Shown here piece after piece: positions 27,457 through 38,443 of a stretch of DNA of 64,000 bases (position 1 is its first letter; every line of letters starts with the position of its first letter). The translations under genes were made by a program, and so were the position numbers. Source of the DNA: an uncultured Chitinophaga sp. (GTDB taxonomy: Bacteria > Bacteroidota > Bacteroidia > UKL13-3); the NCBI GenBank assembly GCA_964355075.1, contig CAYHCF010000006.1:32821-96820 (forward strand), read 5' to 3'. The notes under the pieces were generated by a model. The model was not told the DNA's origin. It did not search any database and was given only the letters and a program-made list of their open reading frames with translations.

Positions 27457-29850
27457 CTAAAAATCTAACTTGTAATAAAACAGGGGTAAGAATCCCAGCT
27501 GATAATTGTTGCCAATGATAATTCCATTTGCATTTTTCGGGTCAGGTCCGTATGCCAAAGAAAGGATATTCCTGGTGTCGAACAGGTTAACAAGGTCAAA
27601 TGCGATTTCATGCGTAAAATGGCTTGTATTTATCTTATAATATAACCTTAAATCAAACCTGAAATAGGGTTTAAATTGTAATGAATTTCTTTGGGCATCA
27701 ACCTGTACTATTTTACTTTGTTTTAAAGTGGCTGCTGTATCTACCGGACCATACAACTGACCCCCGGCATAAGTTATTTTTGATCCTATACCAAATACAT
27801 TTTTGTCTTTAATTTTAAATTCTTTTCCAATCATACCATTGAGTACATAATTTCCATTAAAACTTGTATTTCTCCAAATATGATCGCTTCCCTGATATTT
27901 TGATTGATATAATGAAACGGTAGCCATATAAAAATAGCCGTCGCTAAAAAATTTCTCTAAAGTAAATTCTACGCCATAATTATAGGCGATCCCTTTGTTC
28001 ACCATTGAATCAGCATACAAAATCCCATTGCTTAATCCGGTATTAAGAATGGAAAACGAGGATGATTTTAATTCGACAGGTACCTTATTTAAATATTGGT
28101 AATAGGTTTCAACTTTAATGCGGGCATTTTTTGCAAATGACCAGTCATAACCCAAAACAAGGTGGTGACTGTTATACATTCCCACATTTTTGTTGATGGA
28201 AGCTGTGGATCCGTCTGACATTTTATTCTGCCCAAAATATAAATAGACGGGCATCATTTGACTATGCATACCATAACCAAAACTGATAGATGTTTTGTCG
28301 TTGATATGGTATCGTAAACCTAAACGTGGGTTAATCGCCTTTGTATTTGAATTGATAGTGGAATAAAAAAAGTTCAGACCCGCATTCAACGTTAATTTTT
28401 CTGTGAATTTGAACTTTAGCTGGGCATAAGGCATAAAAGTTGCATAAGTTTCTTGACCCTTTAAATTAATCGTATAGCCATTTGTAATTTTATTATAGGT
28501 GCTGTCAATTGAATAAATGCTATGCTGGTTCATAATTATTCCCGATTTCAGGGATGTTCTGACATTAACTTTATAATTGACAAACCAATGAACAGAGGTA
28601 CGGTTTTCTTGATAACTATTATTAGCCTCTTTCGTTGAATCTATCTTTGAGAATAAACCCGGATTCCTGAATAAAAGGTAATCATTATTGCTGTTTCCAT
28701 TTGCACTCTGGCAAATAATTATTTTAGTATATGATTTTGAATTCAGGGATTTTGAATAGGATGCTCCCAGTAGCCCCATTGCAAATTTAACCGTTTGATC
28801 ATAATTTGTATTCAGGTACAAATCCGTTCCCGGCTTATCTAAGGTACTCATTATTACTTTAATATCAGATAAACCTCCCATTGCAAAAAAACTCAGATTG
28901 GAATTGTTTTTCAGAGGGAAATTTAATTTAAAGGATAGGTCCTGATAATGTGGTATAGCTGCTGTTCCAATTTTAATATGGAGGGATTCAAATAACTGTA
29001 AGCTTGAGTAGCGATAGGTAAATAAATAGGAGGATTTTGCTTTTTTATGGATCGGGCCTTCTCCGCTTATTTCGGTACCAACAAAACCAAGTTGTGCCGT
29101 AAATTCATTTTTTTCGTTATTGCCATTTCTAAATCGAACATCAAATACACCTGCGGTACCATTTCCATATTCCGCTGGGAATGCACCCGTAAAAAAATCA
29201 GAATTCCCAATCATTTTTGCATTTAATATACTTACCGGACCACCGGTTGAGCCCGTGTTTCCAAAGTGGCTGGGACTGGGGATATCAATTCCCTCCAGAC
29301 GCCATAAAACACCCATTGGTGAATTACCCCGAACCACGATATCACTTCTCGAATCATTAGATCCCTGAACACCGGCAAAATTACTCGCCATTCTGGCTGG
29401 CTCACTCCTGCTTCCGGCATACCTTCCTGCTTCCTCCACGTTAAATGTTCGGGCGCTTACCGTTGCCATTTCATTATTGGTTTTAATTTTATCCATTGCA
29501 GTAATCACTACTTCATTAACTTTTACTGAAATTTCCTCCATTTCAATATTTAATATTAACTCCTTTGCAGAGGTTACCTCCATATTGGGCAATACCACCC
29601 GGTCATATCCGATCATCGTGATATTTATATTAATTCTGCCCAATGGAATATGCGCTATTCTGAAATTTCCTTCTTCATCGGCACTCCCACCACTCACTAA
29701 ATTTGAGTCCTTAAAAATTCTGATAACGGCTCCTGCTATCGGGAGTTTCGATTCCTTTTCTATTATATTTCCTCTGACAATTTGCTTAATTTGTGCTTGG
29801 GCTGATAGAATAATTAGAAAGGTTACAAGGGTAATAATGATTTTTTTCAT
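27457..29850 (-). CDS. TonB-dependent receptor with carboxypeptidase-regulatory-like N-domain
   Basis: 797-aa ORF with a signal peptide, VRGNIIEKESKLPIAGAVIRIF, the plug DIVVRGNSPMGVLWRLEGIDIP, and a barrel ending in FYYKLDF. Confidence 0.9.
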   Translation of the reverse strand: MKKIIITLVTFLIILSAQAQIKQIVRGNIIEKESKLPIAGAVIRIFKDSNLVSGGSADEEGNFRIAHIPLGRININITMIGYDRVVLPNMEVTSAKELILNIEMEEISVKVNEVVITAMDKIKTNNEMATVSARTFNVEEAGRYAGSRSEPARMASNFAGVQGSNDSRSDIVVRGNSPMGVLWRLEGIDIPSPSHFGNTGSTGGPVSILNAKMIGNSDFFTGAFPAEYGNGTAGVFDVRFRNGNNEKNEFTAQLGFVGTEISGEGPIHKKAKSSYLFTYRYSSLQLFESLHIKIGTAAIPHYQDLSFKLNFPLKNNSNLSFFAMGGLSDIKVIMSTLDKPGTDLYLNTNYDQTVKFAMGLLGASYSKSLNSKSYTKIIICQSANGNSNNDYLLFRNPGLFSKIDSTKEANNSYQENRTSVHWFVNYKVNVRTSLKSGIIMNQHSIYSIDSTYNKITNGYTINLKGQETYATFMPYAQLKFKFTEKLTLNAGLNFFYSTINSNTKAINPRLGLRYHINDKTSISFGYGMHSQMMPVYLYFGQNKMSDGSTASINKNVGMYNSHHLVLGYDWSFAKNARIKVETYYQYLNKVPVELKSSSFSILNTGLSNGILYADSMVNKGIAYNYGVEFTLEKFFSDGYFYMATVSLYQSKYQGSDHIWRNTSFNGNYVLNGMIGKEFKIKDKNVFGIGSKITYAGGQLYGPVDTAATLKQSKIVQVDAQRNSLQFKPYFRFDLRLYYKINTSHFTHEIAFDLVNLFDTRNILSLAYGPDPKNANGIIIGNNYQLGFLPLFYYKLDF

Positions 29851-30123
29851 AACTGAAGATTCGCTTTTTCCGGTTCAATATTAAGGAGAAAGCGATGGGG
29901 TTAAAAATTGATTGATAGGTATTGAAACTTTTTTATGGGTTCAAAATACTATTTCCTGTGGATTTGTAATGAATTCTACACTTTTTTTGTATATTTTGAC
30001 AATGTGAGTACACGATCTTGCATTTTATGCTTTATTTTGGAAGGAAAATTATTGAATTGGTTCATACCTACTCTTTATTTAATTTGCATTTTTGAAGGAT
30101 CCGTCCATTAAATATATTTATTA

Positions 30124-30630
30124 ATGAAAATTTCTATCATAGTGGCTGCCGATGAAAACTTCGGAATTGGGAAAAACAATCACTTGCTATGTCACCTTTC
30201 CGCAGATTTAAAATATTTCAAACAAATTACGAATGGTCACCACATATTAATGGGAAGAAAAACATTTCAATCCATTGGGAAACCACTGCCAAATCGTATC
30301 AATCTGGTTATTTCAAAATCCAATATTTATTTTGAAGGTTGTCAGGTTTTTAATACGATTGAGGCTGGAATTAGCTTTAGTAAGCAAAAGGGGGAGCAAG
30401 AAATATTTATTATTGGCGGTGATAGCATATATAAACAGAGTATTCATTTGGCAGATACCATTTACCTTACCCGAATCCATCATCTGTTCGATGCAGACGC
30501 CTTTTTCCCAGCTTTACTTACCTCAGAATGGAAATTAATCAGTCAAACCCATCGTGCAGCCGATGAGAAAAATAGCTATTCCTTTACCTTAGAAACCTAT
30601 ACCAGAATTACGCAGAAATTCGTATTTTGA
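30124..30630 (+). CDS. folA: Dihydrofolate reductase
   Basis: 168-aa ORF; ISIIVAADENFGIGKNNHLLCHLSADLKYFKQITNGHHILMGRKTFQSIGKPLPNRINLVIS matches the DHFR signature. Confidence 0.95.
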   Translation: MKISIIVAADENFGIGKNNHLLCHLSADLKYFKQITNGHHILMGRKTFQSIGKPLPNRINLVISKSNIYFEGCQVFNTIEAGISFSKQKGEQEIFIIGGDSIYKQSIHLADTIYLTRIHHLFDADAFFPALLTSEWKLISQTHRAADEKNSYSFTLETYTRITQKFVF

Positions 30631-30715
30631 TTGTATATTCGTAATTGTGATTAACACAATATGTCTGTTATTTAATTAATCATCAAATTGTTATAATAAG
30701 TATATAAAAGTCAAA

Positions 30716-31993
30716 ATGAATATTTTAGTTATTGGTTCAGGAGGAAGGGAGCATGCCTTTTCTGTTCAATTATCGAAAAGCAGTTTGTGTTCAAACCTTT
30801 TTATTTTGCCGGGTAATGCCGGCACTGCCCAATGTGGTACAAATATTAATATCCCGGTGAATGACTTTAAATCTATCGGTAATTTCTGCCTCGAAAACGA
30901 TATTCAAATGCTTATTGTGGGTCCTGAAGATCCATTGGTAAATGGCATAAAAAACTATTTTGAAAACATAGATTCTTTACAGAAAATACTTCTTGTAGGT
31001 CCGGATAAAAAGGGTGCCCAAATGGAGGGAAGTAAAGACTGGAGTAAGGCATTCATGTCCAAATATGGTATTCCAACCGCTCAATACAAAACTTTCCAAA
31101 ACGATACCCTTGAAGCGGGAATAGAATATGTCAAAAATCATTCCCTCCCTGTTGTATTAAAAGCCGATGGTCTGGCCGCCGGAAAAGGTGTTTTGATCTG
31201 CGAAAATCAGGATGAAGCCATTCATGAAATCCATCAAATGATTCAGGAAAAGAAATTTGGTGAGGCCAGTTCGAAAGTAGTTGTAGAAGAATTTTTGAAA
31301 GGTATCGAATTGTCGGTTTTTGTCTTAACTGATGGCAAGAATTATAAAATACTTCCATCAGCAAAAGACTATAAACGAATAGGAGAGGGGGATACCGGTC
31401 TCAACACAGGTGGAATGGGAGCCGTAAGCCCGGTTCCTTTTGCGGATGCCGCCTTTATAAAAAAAGTGGAAGAACGGATCATTATTCCTACCATCAGAGG
31501 ACTTCAACAGGAAAATATTCATTATGCGGGTTTTATTTTTATTGGTTTGATGAATGTTCATGGCGATCCAGTCGTAATTGAATATAATTGCCGAATGGGC
31601 GATCCTGAATCAGAAGTTGTTTTACCTCTGATCCAAAATGATTTTGTTGAACTCATGCTGGCAACTGTTAATGGAACTTTAAATCGGGTAGAATTAAGAA
31701 TTGATACAGCCAGTGCAGCCACCATTATGCTTGTTTCTAAAGGTTATCCGGGGGATTACGAAAAGGGAAAAGTGATGACCGGTTTCGATCAGGTAAAGGA
31801 TTCTATCTTGTTTCATAGTGGAACCATTCAGAATGAAAAGGGTGAAATTTTAAGCAATGGAGGAAGAGTGCTGGCCATTACTTCATTGGGTAATAATTTG
31901 AAAGAAGCGGTTCTAAAGAGTTTAAGAAGTGCAGAATTGATCCACTTCGAAAACAAAAATTATCGCCGGGATATTGGTTTTGAATTTATATAA
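30716..31993 (+). CDS. purD: Phosphoribosylamine--glycine ligase
   Basis: 425-aa ORF with MNILVIGSGGREHA, VLKADGLAAGKGV, GGMGAVSP, EYNCRMGDPE and GGRVLA. Confidence 0.95.
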   Translation: MNILVIGSGGREHAFSVQLSKSSLCSNLFILPGNAGTAQCGTNINIPVNDFKSIGNFCLENDIQMLIVGPEDPLVNGIKNYFENIDSLQKILLVGPDKKGAQMEGSKDWSKAFMSKYGIPTAQYKTFQNDTLEAGIEYVKNHSLPVVLKADGLAAGKGVLICENQDEAIHEIHQMIQEKKFGEASSKVVVEEFLKGIELSVFVLTDGKNYKILPSAKDYKRIGEGDTGLNTGGMGAVSPVPFADAAFIKKVEERIIIPTIRGLQQENIHYAGFIFIGLMNVHGDPVVIEYNCRMGDPESEVVLPLIQNDFVELMLATVNGTLNRVELRIDTASAATIMLVSKGYPGDYEKGKVMTGFDQVKDSILFHSGTIQNEKGEILSNGGRVLAITSLGNNLKEAVLKSLRSAELIHFENKNYRRDIGFEFI

Positions 31994-32003
31994 GATAGAA
32001 TAA

Positions 32004-33218
32004 ATGGCTGGGAAAAAGACGGCTGCAATGGGTTTCATTTTTGTGACCCTGTTGTTGGATATAATTGGATTAGGAATTATTGTACCGGTAATTCCAAAAT
32101 TAATAGCTGAATTAATACATGGTGACATGAGCGACGCATCTTTATACGGTGGCTGGCTTATGTTTTCGTATGCCATTTTTCAGTTTATGTTTTCTCCTGT
32201 TTTGGGGAATTTAAGCGATCGTTATGGTCGTAGGCCCGTATTGTTGTTTTCCTTAATTGGTTTCGGTATCAATTATATAGTTTTGGCGTTTGCTCCAAAT
32301 ATTATCTGGCTTTTTATCGGGCGAATCTTAGCCGGGATTACTGGAGCAAGTATGACAACAGCAACTGCCTATATCGCTGATATTAGCAGTCCCGAAAAAC
32401 GTGCTCAGAATTTCGGAATGATCGGAATGGCTTTTGGGTTGGGTTTCATCATCGGTCCGGTTCTGGGGGGTGTACTGGGTCATTATGGATCACGTATTCC
32501 ATTTTTTGCAGCTGCCGGTGTTTCATTTTTGAATTTTGCTTATGGATATTTTGTTTTACCCGAATCCTTATCAAAAGAAAACCGAAGAAAATTTGATTGG
32601 AAAAGAGCAAATCCTTTGGGCACCCTCAAACACCTTAATAAATATCCGATCGTGAGTGGTTTGATCGGCTCTCTGTTTTGTGTTTATATGGCTTCGCACG
32701 CGGTACAAAGTACCTGGACTTATTTTACCATAGAAAAATTTAACTGGGACGCCAAAATGGTTGGCTATTCTTTAGGTGTAGTTGGTTTATTGGTTGCCAT
32801 TGTTCAGGGAGGTTTAATCAGAGTGATTAATCCCAGAATTGGCCAGAAAAAATCTGTGATCGTTGGGATGCTATTATATATAATTGGCCTGGTATTATTT
32901 GCCTTTGCCAGCGAAAGCTGGATGATGTTTGTATTCCTGATTCCTTATTGTTTGGGAGGCATTGCAGGCCCTGCGCTTCAGGGTTTGATATCCAATCAGG
33001 TGCCGGCCAATGAGCAAGGAGAATTACAGGGCGGAATAACCAGCTTAGTGAGCGTAAGCTCCATTTTTGGCCCCTTGCTCATGACTCATTTATTCTCCTA
33101 TTTTACCGGACATACTACCCCAATTTATTTTGCCGGAGCACCCTTTTTAATGGCCGCAATTTTTTGTATCCTGAGTGTGGTAATTGCTTACAAGTTTTTG
33201 AAATCAGTGAAGCTGTAG
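32004..33218 (+). CDS. MFS transporter, TCR/Tet (drug:H+ antiporter) family
   Basis: 404-aa ORF with about 12 hydrophobic segments and MFS motif [15 protein letters not shown]. Confidence 0.85.
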   Translation: MAGKKTAAMGFIFVTLLLDIIGLGIIVPVIPKLIAELIHGDMSDASLYGGWLMFSYAIFQFMFSPVLGNLSDRYGRRPVLLFSLIGFGINYIVLAFAPNIIWLFIGRILAGITGASMTTATAYIADISSPEKRAQNFGMIGMAFGLGFIIGPVLGGVLGHYGSRIPFFAAAGVSFLNFAYGYFVLPESLSKENRRKFDWKRANPLGTLKHLNKYPIVSGLIGSLFCVYMASHAVQSTWTYFTIEKFNWDAKMVGYSLGVVGLLVAIVQGGLIRVINPRIGQKKSVIVGMLLYIIGLVLFAFASESWMMFVFLIPYCLGGIAGPALQGLISNQVPANEQGELQGGITSLVSVSSIFGPLLMTHLFSYFTGHTTPIYFAGAPFLMAAIFCILSVVIAYKFLKSVKL

Positions 33219-33258
33219 TTTTCAGTTTATCCTAATATACGTTGCAGAAAGAAATTCA

Positions 33259-33801
33259 ATGAGCAGGGAACATTTAAAAAACATGAAACAGATTTTACAA
33301 ACACCTGTAAATAAGGGTTTGGATGTCTGGATAGCGGATACAGCGCGCGTTTTTGGAAGGGTCACCCTTGGGAATAGGTGTTCAGTGTGGTTTGGTGCCG
33401 TGCTGCGTGGCGATACGGATAGCATTAACATTGGGCATGAAACCAATATACAGGAAAATGTGGTTATTCATGTTGATCCGGGCGATCCGGTAATAATTGG
33501 TGATGCCTGTATCATTGGTCACGGGGCAATCGTTCATGGAGCTAAATTAGGGAATCATGTTTTAGTAGGTATGCATGCCACTATTTTAAACAAGGCCATT
33601 ATCGGCAACTTTTGCATCATCGGTGCCAATGCCTTGGTAACAGAAGGAATGCAAATTCCGGATTATTCTATAGTAATGGGATCACCCGGAAAAATCGTAA
33701 AACAGCTCAGCCCCGAACACATCGAAAAAGTAAAGCAAAACGCCCAAAATTATGTGGATTTAAGCAGGGAGTATTTGAAGTATTATAGTGCAGTGGATTA
33801 A
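33259..33801 (+). CDS. Gamma-class carbonic anhydrase family protein (left-handed beta-helix, YrdA/PaaY-like)
   Basis: 180-aa ORF with hexapeptide repeats and His ligands (VWFGAVLRGD..., IGHGAIVHGAKLG...). Confidence 0.9.
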   Translation: MSREHLKNMKQILQTPVNKGLDVWIADTARVFGRVTLGNRCSVWFGAVLRGDTDSINIGHETNIQENVVIHVDPGDPVIIGDACIIGHGAIVHGAKLGNHVLVGMHATILNKAIIGNFCIIGANALVTEGMQIPDYSIVMGSPGKIVKQLSPEHIEKVKQNAQNYVDLSREYLKYYSAVD

Positions 33802-35260
33802 TGGGCTGTCCAAATCGTTTTGTTTTGAGAGTAAATTCAAAGCCCAATCTTTTTCCATACTTTCGCAGGCCAAAATTTTAAGAGTCTTGCAAAAACTGTT
33901 TTCAATTTATAAACCTTATTTTAAACATATAGCCAAGCTAAGCTATCCGATTATTATTGGTCAGCTTGGAATTGTTTTAATGGGTGTTGCCGATGTAATT
34001 ATGATTGGCAAATTGGATGCAGTGAACCTCGCAGCCGCCTCCTTTGCAAATGCCATTTACTTTACCGTATGTATTCTGGGTATCGGAACCCTAACCGCCG
34101 TATCGCCTTTGGTGGCAAAATCAAAAGGTGCCGGGCACCCCAACCAGTGTGCCATTTTATTAAGGCAATCCGTCATCGCTGCATTGATTCTTTCCGTTTT
34201 TATCAGCATCATTTTGTTTCTTATTACTGAAAATCTGCAAATATTTCATCAAACAGAAAGAGTAAATGAGCTCACTAAGAACTTTCTGCATCTGCTCAAT
34301 GCCGGGACCTTTCCTTTATTGATATTTTTAGCTATTAAACAATACAGCGATGGATTGTCTATTACAAAACCATCAGCCGTCATTACGATGATTGCCTTAG
34401 GAATTAATGTTTTCTTGAACTGGGTACTGATATATGGAAATCTGGGCTTCCATGCAATGGGTCTTTTAGGAGCAGGTTTTGCAACTTCTTTTGCCCGCCT
34501 GGCGATGGCTGTTATGATGTATTTGTACGTGAGGTTTAATGCTATTTACAAGCCCTATATGCGGTTAAAACAACATGAGCAGGACACAGTGTTCTTAAAA
34601 GAGATTTTTAAAATCGGATTGCCTTCCGGCTTTCAATATTTTTTTGAACTTGCCGCATTTGCTTTTGCCGCTGTCATGATTGGTTGGATCAGCGAATATG
34701 CACTGGCCGCACACCAGATAGCTATTAATATAGCGTCCACAACTTATATGATAGCCCTGGGTATTTCAGCCGGTGGTTCCATCGCAGTGGGGGATGCATA
34801 CGGCAGACGAAATAAACTGGATTTAATCCGTTCAGGTAATGCCTCTCTTCTGATAGGTGCTATGTTTATGGGATGCTGTGCGGTCTTGCTTTTCTGCTTC
34901 AAAGAGCAAATTGTATTATTGTATATCACAGATAAAAATGTAACAGACATGGCCGTTCAACTCATATTGATAGCCGCTTTCTTTCAGTTAAGCGATGGAA
35001 TCCAATGTGTTGGACTGGGTATCCTGAGAGGCATAGGTGATACCAAAATGCCAACCGCTTTTACCATTTTTGCCTATTGGGCGGTAGCCATTCCTGTTGG
35101 TTATTGGTTAGGCTTCGTTAAAAATTTTAGTTTGTATGGTATTTGGATCGGACTTTTGCTGGGTTTAACTATTTCTGCCATATTTTTAAGTTTGCGGTTT
35201 ATAAAATTAAGCCGAAAAGTTATCGTAAGTTACCAAAGTCATTTGAAGGATATCGATTAA
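33788..35260 (+). CDS. MATE-family multidrug efflux transporter
   Basis: 490-aa ORF with 12 hydrophobic segments and typical MATE N-terminal (AKLSYPIIIGQLGIVLMGVADVIMIGKL) and C-terminal halves. GTG start at 33788; the true start may be further downstream. Confidence 0.8.
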   Translation: MQWINGLSKSFCFESKFKAQSFSILSQAKILRVLQKLFSIYKPYFKHIAKLSYPIIIGQLGIVLMGVADVIMIGKLDAVNLAAASFANAIYFTVCILGIGTLTAVSPLVAKSKGAGHPNQCAILLRQSVIAALILSVFISIILFLITENLQIFHQTERVNELTKNFLHLLNAGTFPLLIFLAIKQYSDGLSITKPSAVITMIALGINVFLNWVLIYGNLGFHAMGLLGAGFATSFARLAMAVMMYLYVRFNAIYKPYMRLKQHEQDTVFLKEIFKIGLPSGFQYFFELAAFAFAAVMIGWISEYALAAHQIAINIASTTYMIALGISAGGSIAVGDAYGRRNKLDLIRSGNASLLIGAMFMGCCAVLLFCFKEQIVLLYITDKNVTDMAVQLILIAAFFQLSDGIQCVGLGILRGIGDTKMPTAFTIFAYWAVAIPVGYWLGFVKNFSLYGIWIGLLLGLTISAIFLSLRFIKLSRKVIVSYQSHLKDID

Positions 35261-36148
35261 GTGAGCCAAAGATTAAAAGTACATATTGCTTTATTTATTG
35301 TTGCTTTGATTTACGGAGCTACTTTCACTCTGGCAAAGCTCGTAATGCCCTTGTACATTAAACCCTTTGCCTTTATTTTATTAAGGGTGGGCGTTGCATC
35401 TGTATGCATTTATTTGTTTCATCGTTATTATGTAAAAGGGAAAATTACGGATCGAAAAGATTTCTTTCCTTTATTCGTTTGTGCCGTATTTGGGATAGCA
35501 GGAAATATGCTTTTGTTTTTTCAGGGATTATCTATTACCTCCCCAATTAATGCCTCTGTTTTAATGTTGAATACCCCCGTTTTTGTATTGGTATTTGCAG
35601 TTATTATATTAAAAGAAAAGCTCACTTTTCAAATTGTCGGTGGTATTATTCTTGCAGCTTTCGGGGCTTTGTTCTTAATTGGGGGCGCCCGCTTTCAATT
35701 TGATTCCACAACAGCTTTGGGCGATTTATATATAACCATGAACGCCATTATTTACGCCTTTTACTTAGTTTATGCGAAACGTTTAATGGTAAAATATCAC
35801 CCTTTAACCGTTACGCTTTATGCCTTTTTCTTTGGGTTTATCCTGGTATTGCCATTCGGTTTGAACCAAACGCTGGAAATAGATTTTTTACATCTTCCAT
35901 TGTTTATTTGGGGATGCATTGCTTTTATTACCATAGGTGCAACTTTTCTTACTTATGTATTAAATGCTTATGCCCTAAGATATGCCAGTTCAAGTCTGGT
36001 TGGTACCTACATATACCTTCAACCGGTTCTTGCAACCCTTATTGCTGTTTCTACCGGAAAGGATGAGTTATCTGTACAAAAAATTATCAGTATGCTTATT
36101 GTTTTCGCCGGAGTTTATCTTGCATCTTATAAAAAAAGCTCAGGATAA
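35261..36148 (+). CDS. DMT-superfamily (EamA-like) transporter
   Basis: 295-aa ORF with 10 hydrophobic segments in two EamA-like halves. The GTG start directly abuts the MATE stop. Confidence 0.8.
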   Translation: MSQRLKVHIALFIVALIYGATFTLAKLVMPLYIKPFAFILLRVGVASVCIYLFHRYYVKGKITDRKDFFPLFVCAVFGIAGNMLLFFQGLSITSPINASVLMLNTPVFVLVFAVIILKEKLTFQIVGGIILAAFGALFLIGGARFQFDSTTALGDLYITMNAIIYAFYLVYAKRLMVKYHPLTVTLYAFFFGFILVLPFGLNQTLEIDFLHLPLFIWGCIAFITIGATFLTYVLNAYALRYASSSLVGTYIYLQPVLATLIAVSTGKDELSVQKIISMLIVFAGVYLASYKKSSG

Positions 36149-36244
36149 ACGCTCGTTTCTCGTTTCTCCTTCTCAAACCATTTCACAATACTCATCTCCC
36201 TTTTCCCCATAATTCCTTACCTTCGCCTTTTATAAATTGTTTGT

Positions 36245-37114
36245 ATGTTAAGATCCATGACCGGCTTTGGCCTTGCTGAAATTGATACGGAAAAGTTTAC
36301 TGTTAAACTTGAAATCAAATCTTTGAATTCTAAATTTCTGGAGATGAACATGCGTATGCCCCGCCAATGGCAACATAAGGAACTGGAATTACGAAAAGAG
36401 CTTACTAAATTAATTGAAAGGGGTACCGTTCAGGTTAATTTGAATATCTCATATAAATTGATCCAGGATAAAATAACCCCCATCAATCAGGAGGTAGTGT
36501 CCTATTACCTGGCCGAAGTAAAAAAAATGTCGGAGGCATCAGGTTGGCCCGCTGAACAATTATTAAACAATGTTTTTACCTTACCTAATATCATTCAGCC
36601 AAATGAAGAAACTCCTGCCGAAGAGGATTGGAAACAGATTATGAATGCAGCTCACCTGGCCTTTAAGCAGTTTGATGAATTTCGTTTACAGGAAGGCAAT
36701 ATGCTTGCTTCTGAACTGAGAAAAATGTGCCTGCTGATTCGAAATAAAATGGAAGAACTTACTCCTTTTGAAGAGGAACGCATTAATACGGTTAAAGAAC
36801 GTATTCTGCGCGACCTTCAAACTTTAAATCAGGAACAATTAGATAAGAACCGCTTCGAACAGGAGTTGATCTATTATATCGAAAAGCTTGATATCAGCGA
36901 AGAGAAAACCAGGCTTGCCCAACATTGCGATTACTTCGCCGAAACCATAGAATCGGCTTCAACCGGGAAAAAATTAGGATTTATCGCTCAGGAAATGGGC
37001 AGAGAAATTAATACCATCGGATCTAAATCCAATCATCATATCATGCAGCGTCGGGTTGTTGAAATGAAAGATGAACTCGAAAAAATAAAAGAACAAATTA
37101 ATAATGTTTTATAA
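36245..37114 (+). CDS. yicC: YicC-family stress-induced protein
   Basis: 289-aa ORF with N-terminal MLRSMTGFG and C-terminal GFIAQEMGREINTIGSKS, characteristic of YicC. Confidence 0.9.
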   Translation: MLRSMTGFGLAEIDTEKFTVKLEIKSLNSKFLEMNMRMPRQWQHKELELRKELTKLIERGTVQVNLNISYKLIQDKITPINQEVVSYYLAEVKKMSEASGWPAEQLLNNVFTLPNIIQPNEETPAEEDWKQIMNAAHLAFKQFDEFRLQEGNMLASELRKMCLLIRNKMEELTPFEEERINTVKERILRDLQTLNQEQLDKNRFEQELIYYIEKLDISEEKTRLAQHCDYFAETIESASTGKKLGFIAQEMGREINTIGSKSNHHIMQRRVVEMKDELEKIKEQINNVL

Positions 37115-37136
37115 GGCAAATTCATAAGTTGCAGGG

Positions 37137-37700
37137 ATGAATAAAGTTGTCATATTTTGTGCGCCATCAGGTTCCGGAAAAACCACCATTGTAAAATATT
37201 TATTATCGGTGAATCCCCTCTTATCATTTTCCGTTTCTGCCTGTACACGAGAACCAAGGGAAGAGGAGATAGCCGGAAAAGATTATTATTTTTTGTCGCA
37301 GGAAGCGTTTAAACACAGAATAGCAAATAATGAATTCCTGGAATATGAAGAAGTTTACGATGGCAATTATTATGGAACACTAAAATCGGAAATTGAACGG
37401 ATCTGGGCTTTGAATAAAGTGGTAGTATTTGATGTTGATGTGATTGGCGGACTCAATATTAAAAAATATTTTGGAGATAAGGCGCTGAGTGTTTTTGTGA
37501 AACCACCCGGCATTGAAGTGTTAAAACACCGACTCCGTTATCGTTCAACCGAAACAGAAGAAACTTTGAAGATTAGAATTGATAAAGCGGTTCAGGAATT
37601 ACAGTTTGAAAGTAAATTTGAACATGTAATATTAAATGATCAATTAGATATAGCATTGGTTCAAGCCGAAGAGTTGGTAAATGATTTTTTAAGTAAATGA
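37137..37700 (+). CDS. gmk: Guanylate kinase
   Basis: 187-aa ORF with P-loop CAPSGSGKTT, TREPREEE..GKDYYF and YYGT. Confidence 0.95.
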   Translation: MNKVVIFCAPSGSGKTTIVKYLLSVNPLLSFSVSACTREPREEEIAGKDYYFLSQEAFKHRIANNEFLEYEEVYDGNYYGTLKSEIERIWALNKVVVFDVDVIGGLNIKKYFGDKALSVFVKPPGIEVLKHRLRYRSTETEETLKIRIDKAVQELQFESKFEHVILNDQLDIALVQAEELVNDFLSK

Positions 37701-37737
37701 TCGAATTTATTACTTTGCACATCTGTAAATTATAAAT

Positions 37738-38313
37738 ATGCATATCGGACTCTTTTTCGGATCTTTTAACCCCATTCATTGCGGACATTTAATTATTGCG
37801 AATTATATGGCTGATTATGCGTTTATGGATGAAATCTGGTTTGTAGTTTCTCCCCAAAATCCTTTAAAAGCCAGTGAAGAATTGCTGGATGAAAAGATAC
37901 GGCTGCAATTATTACAATTAGCCATTCAAAATGATTCTCGTTTTAAAGTGAGCGATTTCGAATTCAGCCTGCCGCGTCCTTCTTATACCGAGCATACTTT
38001 ATCGCGTTTGAGAGCAAGTTATTCCGAACACCAGTTTACGTTAATTATTGGAGGAGATAATTATCAGGAGTTTCATAAATGGAAAGATTACCAATCCATA
38101 CTTGAACATCATAAAGTGAATGTTTATGCCCGTGCGGGAATCGCTGAGAAGCCATTAACGGCCAATCATCCGAAAATAAAATTATTTGAGGTTCCTTTGT
38201 TAAACATATCTTCAACTTATGTGAGAGAAACCATACAAGCCGGAAAATCTATCCGTTACCTGGTACCCGAATCTGTTCGATTAGAAATAATAAAGCAAGG
38301 CTATTATTTATAG
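37738..38313 (+). CDS. nadD: Nicotinate-nucleotide adenylyltransferase
   Basis: 191-aa ORF with GLFFGSFNPIHCGHL (GxFxPxHxGH) and ISSTYVR. Confidence 0.95.
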   Translation: MHIGLFFGSFNPIHCGHLIIANYMADYAFMDEIWFVVSPQNPLKASEELLDEKIRLQLLQLAIQNDSRFKVSDFEFSLPRPSYTEHTLSRLRASYSEHQFTLIIGGDNYQEFHKWKDYQSILEHHKVNVYARAGIAEKPLTANHPKIKLFEVPLLNISSTYVRETIQAGKSIRYLVPESVRLEIIKQGYYL

Positions 38314-38329
38314 GTAATTGATTTGAATG

Positions 38330-38415
38330 GCTACAAAGAAACGAAGAAACAAAAATAATTTTTTTATCCATCGCCACCTAAATTCTTAATCTTCGTTTCT
38401 TAGTTTCTTTGTAGC
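38330..38415. repeat. Inverted repeat: 21-bp arms (20/21 complementary) with a 44-nt spacer
   Basis: gctacaaagaaacgaagaaac (38330-38350) against gtttcttagtttctttgtagc (38395-38415). It lies between convergent nadD and the aldehyde dehydrogenase gene, and the arms are built from GAAAC/GTTTC heptad-like words. Confidence 0.8.
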
Positions 38416-38443
38416 GAAAAAAGGCAAAATTACTAAGTTTCCA

